Below, piece after piece: positions 28,929 to 37,500 of a stretch of DNA of 64,000 bases; the first letter of the stretch is position 1, and every line of letters starts with the position of its first letter. The translations under genes and the position numbers were made by a program. The DNA lies in NCBI GenBank assembly GCA_947626145.1, contig CANQRB010000004.1, positions 29,250 through 93,249 of the forward strand. Reading direction: 5' to 3'. The notes under the pieces were generated by a model, which saw only the letters and a list, made by a program, of their open reading frames with translations, was not told the origin of the DNA and ran no database searches. This DNA is from an uncultured Clostridia bacterium. GTDB lineage: Bacteria > Bacillota > Clostridia > UMGS1883.

Positions 28929-29714
28929 TTATCCAATGCCTCTGAAAGCATTAACGGAAAGAATCGCCACGCCTAAAACCGTCAGCACCACACCAACAGC
29001 CCTGTTGAGCGTTTTGGCGCTGGCCTTGTTTGCGAACAATGCGGCGATCCTTGCCCACAACAGAGTAAACGCCACGCAGAGAGCGAGACACCATAGGTCG
29101 GGCATATCGCCAATGGCAAAATGACTGACGGCGCCGGTCAGCGCGGTAAAGGTCATAATAAAGACACTGGTACCCACAGCGGTTTTTAATTCATATCCCA
29201 AAATGCTGGTCAACAGAAGCAGCATCATCATTCCACCGCCTGCGCCCACAAAACCACAAATGAAGCCGACGACCATTCCGCAGACAATCGACTGAATCGT
29301 CCGCTTTTTTGCGCTTACGACAGCCATCGCCTCCTTTGTGGTCATGACAGGTTTTACAATAAATTTGATGCCCAAAAGCATCGTCATGAAGACGGAGAAG
29401 CTGCCCATAGTGGCGTTGGAGACCAGACTGGCTACCCAACTGCCTACTAAGGTGAAAAGCAAGACGGCCACCATCATAACAAGCCCGTTGCGAATGTCGA
29501 TGTTTTTGTTTTTTCCATAGGTATAGGCGCTGACCGCACTTGCCAGCACGTCACTTGCCAGAGCGATGCCTACCGCTTCATAAGCCGGCATACCCATAAA
29601 TGTGATCAGCATTGGGCTGATGACTGCGGCGGCGCTCATTCCGGCAAAACCGGTTCCCAAACCCGCTCCGATACCTGCTATAAAACAAACTAAAACTTTT
29701 ACCCACAGATTCAT
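28929..29714 (-). CDS. TSUP/TauE-SafE family membrane transporter (likely start MNLWVK at 29714)
   Basis: Gly-rich TM helices (GIGAGLGTGFAGMSAAAV...GGGMMMLLLL) typical of TauE/SafE; the internal ATG gives the typical about 260-aa length. Confidence 0.7.
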   Translation of the reverse strand: MNLWVKVLVCFIAGIGAGLGTGFAGMSAAAVISPMLITFMGMPAYEAVGIALASDVLASAVSAYTYGKNKNIDIRNGLVMMVAVLLFTLVGSWVASLVSNATMGSFSVFMTMLLGIKFIVKPVMTTKEAMAVVSAKKRTIQSIVCGMVVGFICGFVGAGGGMMMLLLLTSILGYELKTAVGTSVFIMTFTALTGAVSHFAIGDMPDLWCLALCVAFTLLWARIAALFANKASAKTLNRAVGVVLTVLGVAILSVNAFRGIG

Positions 29715-29845
29715 TTTGCGTTTTTCTCCATATATTTTTTTATATTCTTTTCCACCCGCGTTATGTAGGACTGAAACTGCCGCTGACCTCTTTGTCAAGA
29801 TCGTCTGCGATGATATCCGCAAAATCGAAGCACTCTGATAAAAAA

Positions 29846-30940
29846 TCAGTTTTTCTGGCTTTCTTCTTCTGCATTTAGCTTTGATTTCGGCAATGTAACC
29901 GTAAACATGGTAAGATTGTTTTCGCTTTGAACCGAAACCGTTCCGTTGTGCAATTCCACCACTTTTTTGACAATTGCAAGCCCGATTCCGTTTCCCTCAC
30001 CGGAGTGTGAACTGTCAGCCTGATAAAATTTCTGAAAGATTCGTGATATACTTTCCGCAGGAATTTCCTCTCCCGAATTGATGATATCCACGGACAGGGA
30101 AGACGGTTGATTTTTAATATTGACTTCAATGACTCCTCCAGCGGGAGAAAATTTGATCGCGTTATCCAGCAGATTGATCCACACCTGTTTCAAAAGCTCC
30201 TCATTGGCAGAAATCCTGTATTCACCGAAATCCACTTTAAAGTCCAGTTGCTTTTTTTCCCACTTGTCGGCAAGCAACAGGATGGAAGACCGGATTTGTT
30301 CTGAAAGGTTAAACTTTACAACATCCGTTAAAATCGTTTGATTTTCTACCCGCGTCAGATTCAACACGTTTGTCGCCATATCAGAAAGCCGCAGAGATTC
30401 TTCTTCGATAACCGCCAAATATTCCCCTTTTTGTTCTTCTGTCAGGTTGCCTCGGCGAAGCAGCTTTGCAAAGCCGGCAATAGATACGATGGGCGTTTTG
30501 AATTCATGCGAAAAATTATTTACAAAATCCCCACGAAGCATCTCTGTATTTTTGAGTTCAGAAGCCATTCGATTGAAGCTGTGCGAAAGCTGCGAAAAAG
30601 TAGGATGTTTGGATATGGGCCATCCGAAATCCAATCGGGCACTGAAATCACCGGATGCCAGCCGATCGATTTGATAAATTACATTCCGCAGGGGGCGGGC
30701 GGATATTTTACTGGATAAATAGGCAACAATGACACCGACAATATTACTGATGACGATCATGTAGAGGATGATAATACCGATGTTTGATCGGATATCGGTA
30801 TCAAGCGTGACAACTTGAAAATGTACCAGCATATAAATAATAGAAGCGGTTATTGAAGTAATAATAAATTGAATGAAAAAAATAAGTGTCGATATTAAAA
30901 ACGTGAGCGCAAAATAATGTTTTCGATTTTGTTTGTTCAT
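29846..30940 (-). CDS. Intramembrane-sensing sensor histidine kinase (two N-terminal TM helices with a short loop, HisKA, HATPase_c)
   Basis: H-box SHEFKTPIVSIAGFAKLL; N/G1/G2 boxes (LLDNAIKF, GEGNGIGLAIVKK); the extracellular loop is only about 14 aa. Confidence 0.85.
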   Translation of the reverse strand: MNKQNRKHYFALTFLISTLIFFIQFIITSITASIIYMLVHFQVVTLDTDIRSNIGIIILYMIVISNIVGVIVAYLSSKISARPLRNVIYQIDRLASGDFSARLDFGWPISKHPTFSQLSHSFNRMASELKNTEMLRGDFVNNFSHEFKTPIVSIAGFAKLLRRGNLTEEQKGEYLAVIEEESLRLSDMATNVLNLTRVENQTILTDVVKFNLSEQIRSSILLLADKWEKKQLDFKVDFGEYRISANEELLKQVWINLLDNAIKFSPAGGVIEVNIKNQPSSLSVDIINSGEEIPAESISRIFQKFYQADSSHSGEGNGIGLAIVKKVVELHNGTVSVQSENNLTMFTVTLPKSKLNAEEESQKN

Positions 30941-31611
30941 ACTTTTTTCACCGCCTTATATCCGAGCCCGCGCACGGATTCGATATCAAATTCTTCCCAA
31001 CCCTCGAACCGTTTGCGGAGCCTGCCGATGTGAACCGTCACAGTTTCCCACCCGGTATCGCTCTCAGCGCCCCAGATTTCATCCATCAGTTGAATCCGTG
31101 TAAAAATCTTTCCGGGGTATGACAGCAATTTATAAAGTAACAAAAATTCCTTTTGCGGGAGTTCTTGTGTCTCGCCGTTTTTGGTCACGGTAAAGGAATC
31201 GTAATCCAAAATTACATTTCCAATCGTCATTTTACGTTCGTTGGCAATTTGAGCGCGGCGTAGAAGTGCTTTGATTCGCCAGAGCATTTCTTCCTCATCA
31301 ATCGGTTTTGTCATGTAGTCGTCAATCCCTAATGAAAAACCTTTATGTTTATCTTCGGGGAGCTGTTTTGCCGAAACCATAAGAATGGGAAGATTGTTCT
31401 TGCTTTCGCGGAGGATTTTTGTAAATTCATATCCGTCCATTTTCGGCATCATTATGTCGAGAATCACAAGGTCAATATACTCTTTATCCATTACATCGAG
31501 GGCGTCTTCACCGTTTTCCGCAGTAAATACAGAATAGTGCTCCGTTTCAAGCACGGCTTTGAGCAGCCGGCGTGTATTTTTATCGTCGTCTACAACAAGA
31601 ATTTGGAACAT
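30937..31611 (-). CDS. OmpR-family response regulator (REC plus winged-helix), 4-nt overlap with the kinase gene
   Basis: Receiver motifs DDD/D55-like (LVILDIMMPKMDG) and T/K; C-terminal trans_reg_C (TVHIGRLRKRF...LGYKAV). Confidence 0.9.
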   Translation of the reverse strand: MFQILVVDDDKNTRRLLKAVLETEHYSVFTAENGEDALDVMDKEYIDLVILDIMMPKMDGYEFTKILRESKNNLPILMVSAKQLPEDKHKGFSLGIDDYMTKPIDEEEMLWRIKALLRRAQIANERKMTIGNVILDYDSFTVTKNGETQELPQKEFLLLYKLLSYPGKIFTRIQLMDEIWGAESDTGWETVTVHIGRLRKRFEGWEEFDIESVRGLGYKAVKKV

Positions 31612-31642
31612 TGTTTACACCTCCTAATAATCAATATAAGAT

Positions 31643-31676
31643 AAGATAACATACAAATCTAAACTGAAAAGAAAGT
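31643..31676 (-). promoter_or_regulatory. Copy (d) of the shared promoter motif upstream of the RR-HK-TauE operon: ACTTTCTTTTCAGTTTAGATTTGTATGT-TATCTT on the minus strand
   Basis: Same block and spacing; sits 32-65 nt upstream of the RR start codon. Confidence 0.55.
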
Positions 31677-32096
31677 GTGCGAGTTTAATCCCCAAAATTT
31701 ATTATTTCGTTCAGCAGGCTTTTTCGCGTCTTTGAGCAACAGCCACATCTTTCCCATTTTATCGACTCCTGCAATACGTCCGGCAAAACAGTAATAATTT
31801 AATCATGCGGGGAGAGATACCCCATTTTTCGCTGCCTATTTGAACGTCATGTAATTAAAATATCGCACCTCCACATATAAAATTATATTTCGTTATCTTG
31901 AAGAAAGCAAGTGCATTTGATGAACATTAGATGAATTATTTACCCTCGCTACTGAAACTGTAAAGACATATCCAAATAAAGAAAGGGACTGTAAAATGGA
32001 TCAATTTCAATAAAGCGGACAGAAAAACATAAGATGGCAGGAAATTATGTAAAATATTCAATATCCATATTTCTCATAAAGTATATCACATAAAAA

Positions 32097-32318
32097 TCAT
32101 AAAAGATATTTGTCTTGATTTTCGATTACATATTGAAGCCATTCCTCTGGAGTAGGAATGTCGTTTGAAGATGGTATTTTTTTCCACTGTGCTCTAATTT
32201 CAGGATTTGAACTGGTCATTCCAAATTTTATTCGCTCTGAAATTATAACTTTAATTTCGTCAACCGTCATATTCCTTTTCTCAGCTATTTCGGCTAATGT
32301 TATTTTTATCTGTTTCAT
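32097..32318 (-). CDS. Small hypothetical protein (73 aa) divergent from the XRE regulator, in AT-rich DNA
   Basis: Strong RBS AGGAGG 6 nt before ATG; no recognisable motif. Confidence 0.5.
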   Translation of the reverse strand: MKQIKITLAEIAEKRNMTVDEIKVIISERIKFGMTSSNPEIRAQWKKIPSSNDIPTPEEWLQYVIENQDKYLL

Positions 32319-32472
32319 GGACCGCCTCCTATTAATTTATTGTTTGTATTATTCCATAATATAACCGTATGCCCTTTGCGGGGCGTATATAATCTACTGA
32401 TTATGACTATTATATCACATTTTTGTGATTTAGAATAGTATTAATAGAAATTATTTTTAGAAGGTTATCTTT

Positions 32473-32787
32473 ATGGATGTACAAAAGCGCATCAGGTAGT
32501 TGATGGCGGAAAGAGGCTGGTCAGACTATAGGCTTGCAAAGGAGTCCAACCTCTCTCACTCAACTATAACGAATATATTCAACAGAAATAACGCCCCAAC
32601 GCTGCCAACATTGGAGTCCGTATGTTCCGCTTTGGGGGTAACCATGTCACAGTTTTTCACTGAAGGCGACGAACCCGTTGTGTTGAGCAGCGAACAAAAA
32701 ATAATACTTGATAGGTTCAACACGTTATCACCGACTCAGAGAAAAGTCATTATTGAACTGCCTGGCAATATGAACAAAGGCACATGA
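32473..32787 (+). pseudogene. XRE-family (Cro/C1 HTH) transcriptional regulator interrupted by an in-frame TAG at codon 9 (32497-32499); an N-truncated product could initiate at ATG 32503
   Basis: ATG 32473 with GAAGG RBS encodes MDVQKRIR-TAG-LMAERGWSDYRLAKESNLSHSTITNIF. The canonical HTH N-terminus spans the stop. Confidence 0.55.
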
Positions 32788-32841
32788 TGTCATAACAAGA
32801 CAGAGACCGGTCGATGAGCTTTTTTCGACATTGCTAAAAAA

Positions 32842-32870
32842 CCTGCATACATTTCTGTGTGCAGGTTTTT
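32842..32870 (+). terminator. Intrinsic terminator after the XRE gene (cctgca-12 nt-tgcagg then TTTTT)
   Basis: 6-bp stem plus T5; A run upstream. Confidence 0.5.
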
Positions 32871-32880
32871 CAAATATAAA

Positions 32881-32994
32881 AATCTAACGATTACTCAATA
32901 ATCCAACGATTACCCCAAAAAACTAACGATTTCCCATAAAACCAACGATTTCCCATAAATCCAACGATTTCCCATAAATCCAACGATTACACGG
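32881..32994. repeat. Iteron-like array: about six contiguous direct repeats of a 19-20-bp unit (consensus CCAACGATTTCCCATAAAT)
   Basis: Units at 32881, 32900, 32922, 32941, 32961 and 32980; the core AACGATT recurs every 19-21 bp. Confidence 0.7.
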
Positions 32995-33079
32995 CGGCGA
33001 GTTAGGATGGATAATTTCCGAAAAGCAAAAACTGCATTTATTGCCTCCGTAAGGTGCGGAAAAATTATGCCGACCATAC

Positions 33080-33107
33080 AAAAAAGCCGATAATATCGGC
33101 TTTTTTG
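33080..33107. terminator. Bidirectional intrinsic terminator (aaaaaagccgat-AAT-atcggcttttttg)
   Basis: Perfect 7-bp GC-containing stem flanked by A6 and T6. Confidence 0.5.
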
Positions 33108-33153
33108 CACAAAGAAAGAACCTTGACTTTGTATCAAAATCAAGGTTCTTATT

Positions 33154-33246
33154 TGGCGGAGAGAAAGGGATTCGAACCCTTGATCGGGGTTAACCGATAC
33201 ACGATTTCCAGTCGTGCGCCTTAGACCAGCTCAGCCATCTCTCCGC
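33154..33246 (-). tRNA. tRNA-Ser (anticodon GGA), class II with long variable arm, CCA encoded
   Basis: Minus-strand read GCGGAGAGATGGCTGAGCTGGTCTAAGGCGCACGACTGGAAATCGTG...GGTTCGAATCCCTTTCTCTCCGCCA: acceptor, D, anticodon (CU-GGA-AA), long extra arm, TΨC GGTTCGAATCC. Confidence 0.85.
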
Positions 33247-33259
33247 GCTGACAAACGGT

Positions 33260-33288
33260 ATTATAGCACATATTTTGCCGTTTGTCAA
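33260..33288 (-). promoter_or_regulatory. Consensus promoter for tRNA-Ser (TTGACA-17-TATAAT on the minus strand), with 8-bp inverted repeats (acaaacgg/ccgtttgt) flanking the -10
   Basis: -35 tgtcaa at 33283-33288 and -10 attata at 33260-33265 in plus-strand coordinates; TSS a few nt before the tRNA 5' end. Confidence 0.55.
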
Positions 33289-33302
33289 GGACTTTTTTCA
33301 AT

Positions 33303-33339
33303 TCTTATATCAAAAATTTATATCTTATATCAAAAATTT
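33303..33339. repeat. 17-bp direct repeat x2 (CTTATATCAAAAATTTA) upstream of the tRNA promoter
   Basis: Two exact copies separated by 3 bp. Confidence 0.6.
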
Positions 33340-33368
33340 AAACAAAATTTAGAAAAGAATTAGGAAAA

Positions 33369-34067
33369 TCATTTACAGGCCTCAACGAAGCTGAGAAGGA
33401 TCTTAAACTGATCCTCATCACCGCGCCAGGAAAATTCCGGGTGCCACTGTACCGCCTGAACAAAGCGTTTCTCCGGACAGTATACGGCTTCGATCAGGCC
33501 GTCGGGAGCGGCGGCCATCGCCTTCAGCCCCGGCGCAAGAGCCTTTATGCCCTGATGATGATAGCTGTTCACACTCAGGATATCCTTCTGCAAAAGATGC
33601 CGCAGCGGTGAACCGGGCACGAGACAGACCTCGTGCCAGCCGCGGTCATAGGGCGGCACCATTTTATGACAGACGGCATCCTCCTTTTGAGACGGGATAT
33701 CCTGATACAGCGTACCGCCCAAGACCGCGTTGATAAACTGTATTCCACGGCATATGCCGAAAACAGGCCTGTCCAGCTCAAAGGCCTGACGGAACAGCTC
33801 CGTTTCCAACCGGTCACGGGGCGGATAGGGAGCGCCGCAGGAGCGCAGCCTTTTCTCACCGTAAAGCGCCGGATCCACGTCCTGACCTCCGGTAAACAGG
33901 AAGCCGGAGCACAGCTCCGCCATCTCCCCCACGCTGTCGGGGTCAAAGGGCAGGATCACGGGCAGCGCTCCGCAGGCCGTCAAGGCGTCCACATACCCCG
34001 GCAGCATCCAGATACTGTCTTTTTCCGTATCAAAAAGGGGCACAACGCCGATAACAGGTTTTTTCAC
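33369..34067 (-). CDS. Class I glutamine amidotransferase-like / gamma-glutamyl hydrolase (peptidase C26, PuuD-like)
   Basis: GICRGIQ catalytic Cys motif and HH near the C-terminus (WHPEF). Confidence 0.8.
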   Translation of the reverse strand: MKKPVIGVVPLFDTEKDSIWMLPGYVDALTACGALPVILPFDPDSVGEMAELCSGFLFTGGQDVDPALYGEKRLRSCGAPYPPRDRLETELFRQAFELDRPVFGICRGIQFINAVLGGTLYQDIPSQKEDAVCHKMVPPYDRGWHEVCLVPGSPLRHLLQKDILSVNSYHHQGIKALAPGLKAMAAAPDGLIEAVYCPEKRFVQAVQWHPEFSWRGDEDQFKILLSFVEACK

Positions 34068-34146
34068 ATAAATTACCTCGTTTCGTCGCCGCCCCTTTGC
34101 GGTCGGTATTCAGAAATTTGTATTAAATATCCATAGCGCCGGCAGG

Positions 34147-35244
34147 TCAGCCCAGCTTCTTATAGTTGCCCAGGAACCGATAGCTGGGGGCGTAGGCCTT
34201 GAGCTTGTCCAGCGTGGCGCTGACATCCATCTTGCCCACGTTGCCCTCAAGGTCCACAAAGAACAGGTACTCGCCCAGCTTGTCGGGAATGGGGCGGCTC
34301 TCTATCTTAGCCAGATTCAGGCCGGACTCCTTGAAAAAGCCCAGAGCCTCGAAAAGGGCTCCGCTGACGTGCGGCGTGGAAAACATGATGGAAATTTTGT
34401 TGTTTTGCTCATCTGTGATTGGATTTTTACTTATTATGATGAAGCGGGTGCGGTTGTTGTCGGCAAAATTGATATTTGTCTGAAGTATCTTCAGGCCGTA
34501 TATCTCGGCGGCCCGGGCGGAGCATATCGCCGCCTTGGAGGGGTCGTTCATCTCGGCCACCATGTTGGCGGCCACGGCGGTGTTCACCACCTTGGTCTGT
34601 ATCCACTCCTTGTCGGAGAGGTATTCCTTGCTCTGATAAAAGCCCTGCTCGTGGGAGTAAACCTGCTCAATGCCGTCTATTTCCGCGTCCTGAGTGCCCG
34701 CCAGACAGTGGCGCACCTCCACGTAGGTCTCGCCGGCGATATAGACCTCGTACTTTTTCAGCAGGTCAAAGACCTCCATAATGGAGCCGGTGGAGTAATT
34801 TTCCACCGGAAGCACGCCGTAGTCGGCCCGGCCGCTCTCCACCTCGCGGAACACATCTTCAAATGTAAGGACGTTGTAAATGCTGTCGCCGAACACCGCC
34901 GCCGCAGCCTCGCTGCCATAGCTGCCGTTAAGGCCCTGATAAGCCGCCGTGCCGCTGAGACGGCCCTTTTCGTAGGTGCGCATTATGCTCCGCTGGAGCT
35001 TGCGGCTCTGGGATAATATGCACTTGAATATTTCCTCAATGTGCCTGTGGTAAGCGGGGTTTTCGGCACGGGAAACACGGTCGGCCAGGATGAGCCGCTC
35101 CCGCTCGGGGTCAAGGATTTTCATGCCGTTGAGCATTTTAATGTTGCCGACCTCCTCGCTGGCGGCCATACGCTTCTCAAAAAGAGCCACCAGCTGGGTG
35201 TCCACCTCGTCGATTATTTTGCGCTGTTGTTCCAGTTCAGTCAT
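34147..35244 (-). CDS. pheA: Bifunctional chorismate mutase / prephenate dehydratase
   Basis: N-terminal CM domain (LRKIIDEVDTQLVALFEKRMAASEEVGNIK), PDT domain and C-terminal ACT domain. Confidence 0.85.
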   Translation of the reverse strand: MTELEQQRKIIDEVDTQLVALFEKRMAASEEVGNIKMLNGMKILDPERERLILADRVSRAENPAYHRHIEEIFKCILSQSRKLQRSIMRTYEKGRLSGTAAYQGLNGSYGSEAAAAVFGDSIYNVLTFEDVFREVESGRADYGVLPVENYSTGSIMEVFDLLKKYEVYIAGETYVEVRHCLAGTQDAEIDGIEQVYSHEQGFYQSKEYLSDKEWIQTKVVNTAVAANMVAEMNDPSKAAICSARAAEIYGLKILQTNINFADNNRTRFIIISKNPITDEQNNKISIMFSTPHVSGALFEALGFFKESGLNLAKIESRPIPDKLGEYLFFVDLEGNVGKMDVSATLDKLKAYAPSYRFLGNYKKLG

Positions 35245-36331
35245 TTATCTTCTTTCCTCCCAGTAAAAAATCCATGGCGCACAGAGCGGCGCAGCTCTCG
35301 ATGACCGGCACGGCCCGGGGCACGATGCAGGCGTCGTGACGGCCCTTTATCACCAATTCGGTATCTGTGGCGGTTTTAAAATTGACGGTGCTCTGGGGCC
35401 TTGAAATGGACGGAGTGGGCTTGACGGCCACACGGAAAACAACGGGCATGCCGTTGGTTATGCCGCCGTTTATACCGCCGTTATTGTTGGTTTTGGTTCT
35501 CACTCTGCCGCCGTCCATGTAAAACTCATCGTTGGCGGCGCTGCCGGTCATTTTCGTTATGCCGAAGCCCGCGCCGAACTCCACGCCCTTTACCGCCGGA
35601 ACGGCGTACAAAAGCTCCGCGAGGCGGCTTTCAAAGGCGCCGAAGATCGGATCACCCAGACCGGCTGGCAGACCGGCAATACTGCATTCGATCACTCCGC
35701 CAACGCTGTCGAGGCTGTTTTTTGCCTCCATGGCACGGTCGTACATCAGCCTGCCTTTTTCGTCGCTGAAGGTGGGAAAGAGCTTGTCCTTGACGGCCTT
35801 CGCCTGTTCATAGGTCAGGGTTTCGATGTCCGGCCCCTCGTCCTCTATATCCATTATGCTTTTGATGTGTACGGCACAGTAAATGCCCCGCCCCTCCAAA
35901 AAGCCCGTGGCAAGCCCGCCGGCGAACACAATCGGAGCCGTGAGCCGTCCGGAGAAGTGGCCGCCGCCCCGATAATCGTTATTGCCGCCGTAGCGCACAA
36001 AGCCCGAATAGTCGGCGTGACCGGGACGGGCGTTCTCGGCAAGATTGGAATAGTCGGCGCTGTGCTGATCGCTGTTGTATATGACAAAGGCCAGCGGCGT
36101 ACCGGTGGTTTTGCCGTTAAAAACTCCGCTGAGTATCTCGGGCCTGTCCGGCTCCTTCCGGGCGGTGGTGATGGCGCTCATACCGGTGGCGCGGCGGGCC
36201 AGCATACGTTCTATCCCTTCCGTATCCACGGGGATGCCGGCGGGCAGGTCGTCAATGACGCCGCCGATGCCGCGGCTGTGGGACTCGCCGAAAACCGTCA
36301 GCTTAAAGTTCTTTCCCCAATACGAGCTCAT
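35237..36331 (-). CDS. aroC: Chorismate synthase
   Basis: FGESHSRGIGGVIDDLPAGI...GRHDACIVPRAV signature. Confidence 0.9.
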   Translation of the reverse strand: MSSYWGKNFKLTVFGESHSRGIGGVIDDLPAGIPVDTEGIERMLARRATGMSAITTARKEPDRPEILSGVFNGKTTGTPLAFVIYNSDQHSADYSNLAENARPGHADYSGFVRYGGNNDYRGGGHFSGRLTAPIVFAGGLATGFLEGRGIYCAVHIKSIMDIEDEGPDIETLTYEQAKAVKDKLFPTFSDEKGRLMYDRAMEAKNSLDSVGGVIECSIAGLPAGLGDPIFGAFESRLAELLYAVPAVKGVEFGAGFGITKMTGSAANDEFYMDGGRVRTKTNNNGGINGGITNGMPVVFRVAVKPTPSISRPQSTVNFKTATDTELVIKGRHDACIVPRAVPVIESCAALCAMDFLLGGKKIND

Positions 36332-37500
36332 CTTATTTTACCTCCAAGCCTTTCAAATCTTTCCCAGAAATCGGGCATACTCTTGTTCACGCACTCGGCC
36401 CCGTCTATGACCAATTCGCCCTCCACATGGGGCGAAAGCGCGGCCAGAGCCATGGCGATGCGGTGGTCGTTGTGGGAGCCGCACACCGCTCCGCGCAGAG
36501 GTCTGCCGCCGCGAATGACAAGGCAGTCCTCCCCCTCTTCCACGTCCGCCCCAAGGCGGCGCAGCTCCTGAGTTATGGCGGCGAGGCGGTCGCTTTCCTT
36601 GATGCGCAGGCGGCCGGCGTTGACTATTCGGCTTTCGCCGGGGACGGTCGCCATTACGCAGGCCAGAACCGGCACAAAGTCGGGTATCTGGCCCACATCG
36701 ACCACGGCGGGAACAGCGGCGGTACCGTTTGTTGAATATCCGCCGTCAATCTCGTTTATCTCCATGCCCATCCGGCGGTATACCTCCACCGTGGCTCTGT
36801 CCCCCTGAATTGAGGCGGAGTTCAGGCCAAGGCAGTTTATCCGGCCCATAGCCATAAAAAAGCCCGCCTGAGAAAAGTCGCCCTCAACAGTGTATTCGGC
36901 GGGGCGATATTTTTGCCCCCCGCTTACGTAATATCCGTATTCCGTATTTTCTATTTTTATCCCGAATTTCTCAAGGACCTCTATCGTCATATCCACATAG
37001 CCTTTGGACTGGAGTCCGGTGGTAAGGATTATGCGGCTGTCCCCCTCAAGCAGCGGCAGGGCCAGCAACAGGCCGGTGATAAACTGGCTGCTTACGTCCC
37101 CCCGAAGCCTGTAATCCCCGGGCCTGAGCCTACCCTCGGCCCTGAGGACGGAATTTTCCGTTTTGTATTTTATGTTCTGTTCCTCAAAAATGCGGAAATA
37201 GTCGTCCAGCGGCCGCTCCATGAGCCGCCGGGAGCCCTTTATCTCCAGCCTGCCGTTGAGGGCCAGAGCGAGAGGTATCATAAAGCGCAGGGTGGAGCCG
37301 GACTCGTTCGCGTCCATGACGGCCCCTGTTTTTAGGGCTTCCATGCACTGCTTTGTTGCCCTGATGTCATCGCTGTCGCCAAGGTTCAGAGCCTGTCCGC
37401 CGCCCAGCCCGGCGCAGATAAGCGCCCGATGACTGTAGCTCTTCGACGGAGGCATGACCATCGTGCCGGACAGGGGCGAGGGGGTTATTGTGACCTTCAT
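36328..37500 (-). CDS. aroA: 3-phosphoshikimate 1-carboxyvinyltransferase (EPSP synthase)
   Basis: PPSKSYSHRALICAGL N-terminus and two-domain EPSPS fold motifs; 4-nt overlaps with aroB and aroC. Confidence 0.85.
   Translation of the reverse strand: MKVTITPSPLSGTMVMPPSKSYSHRALICAGLGGGQALNLGDSDDIRATKQCMEALKTGAVMDANESGSTLRFMIPLALALNGRLEIKGSRRLMERPLDDYFRIFEEQNIKYKTENSVLRAEGRLRPGDYRLRGDVSSQFITGLLLALPLLEGDSRIILTTGLQSKGYVDMTIEVLEKFGIKIENTEYGYYVSGGQKYRPAEYTVEGDFSQAGFFMAMGRINCLGLNSASIQGDRATVEVYRRMGMEINEIDGGYSTNGTAAVPAVVDVGQIPDFVPVLACVMATVPGESRIVNAGRLRIKESDRLAAITQELRRLGADVEEGEDCLVIRGGRPLRGAVCGSHNDHRIAMALAALSPHVEGELVIDGAECVNKSMPDFWERFERLGGKIR

Noticed and set aside
32881-32994. Possible CRISPR array
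   Set aside because: Repeats are contiguous with no unique spacers, the unit is only 19-20 bp, and no cas genes are nearby. Interpreted as an iteron or binding-site array instead.
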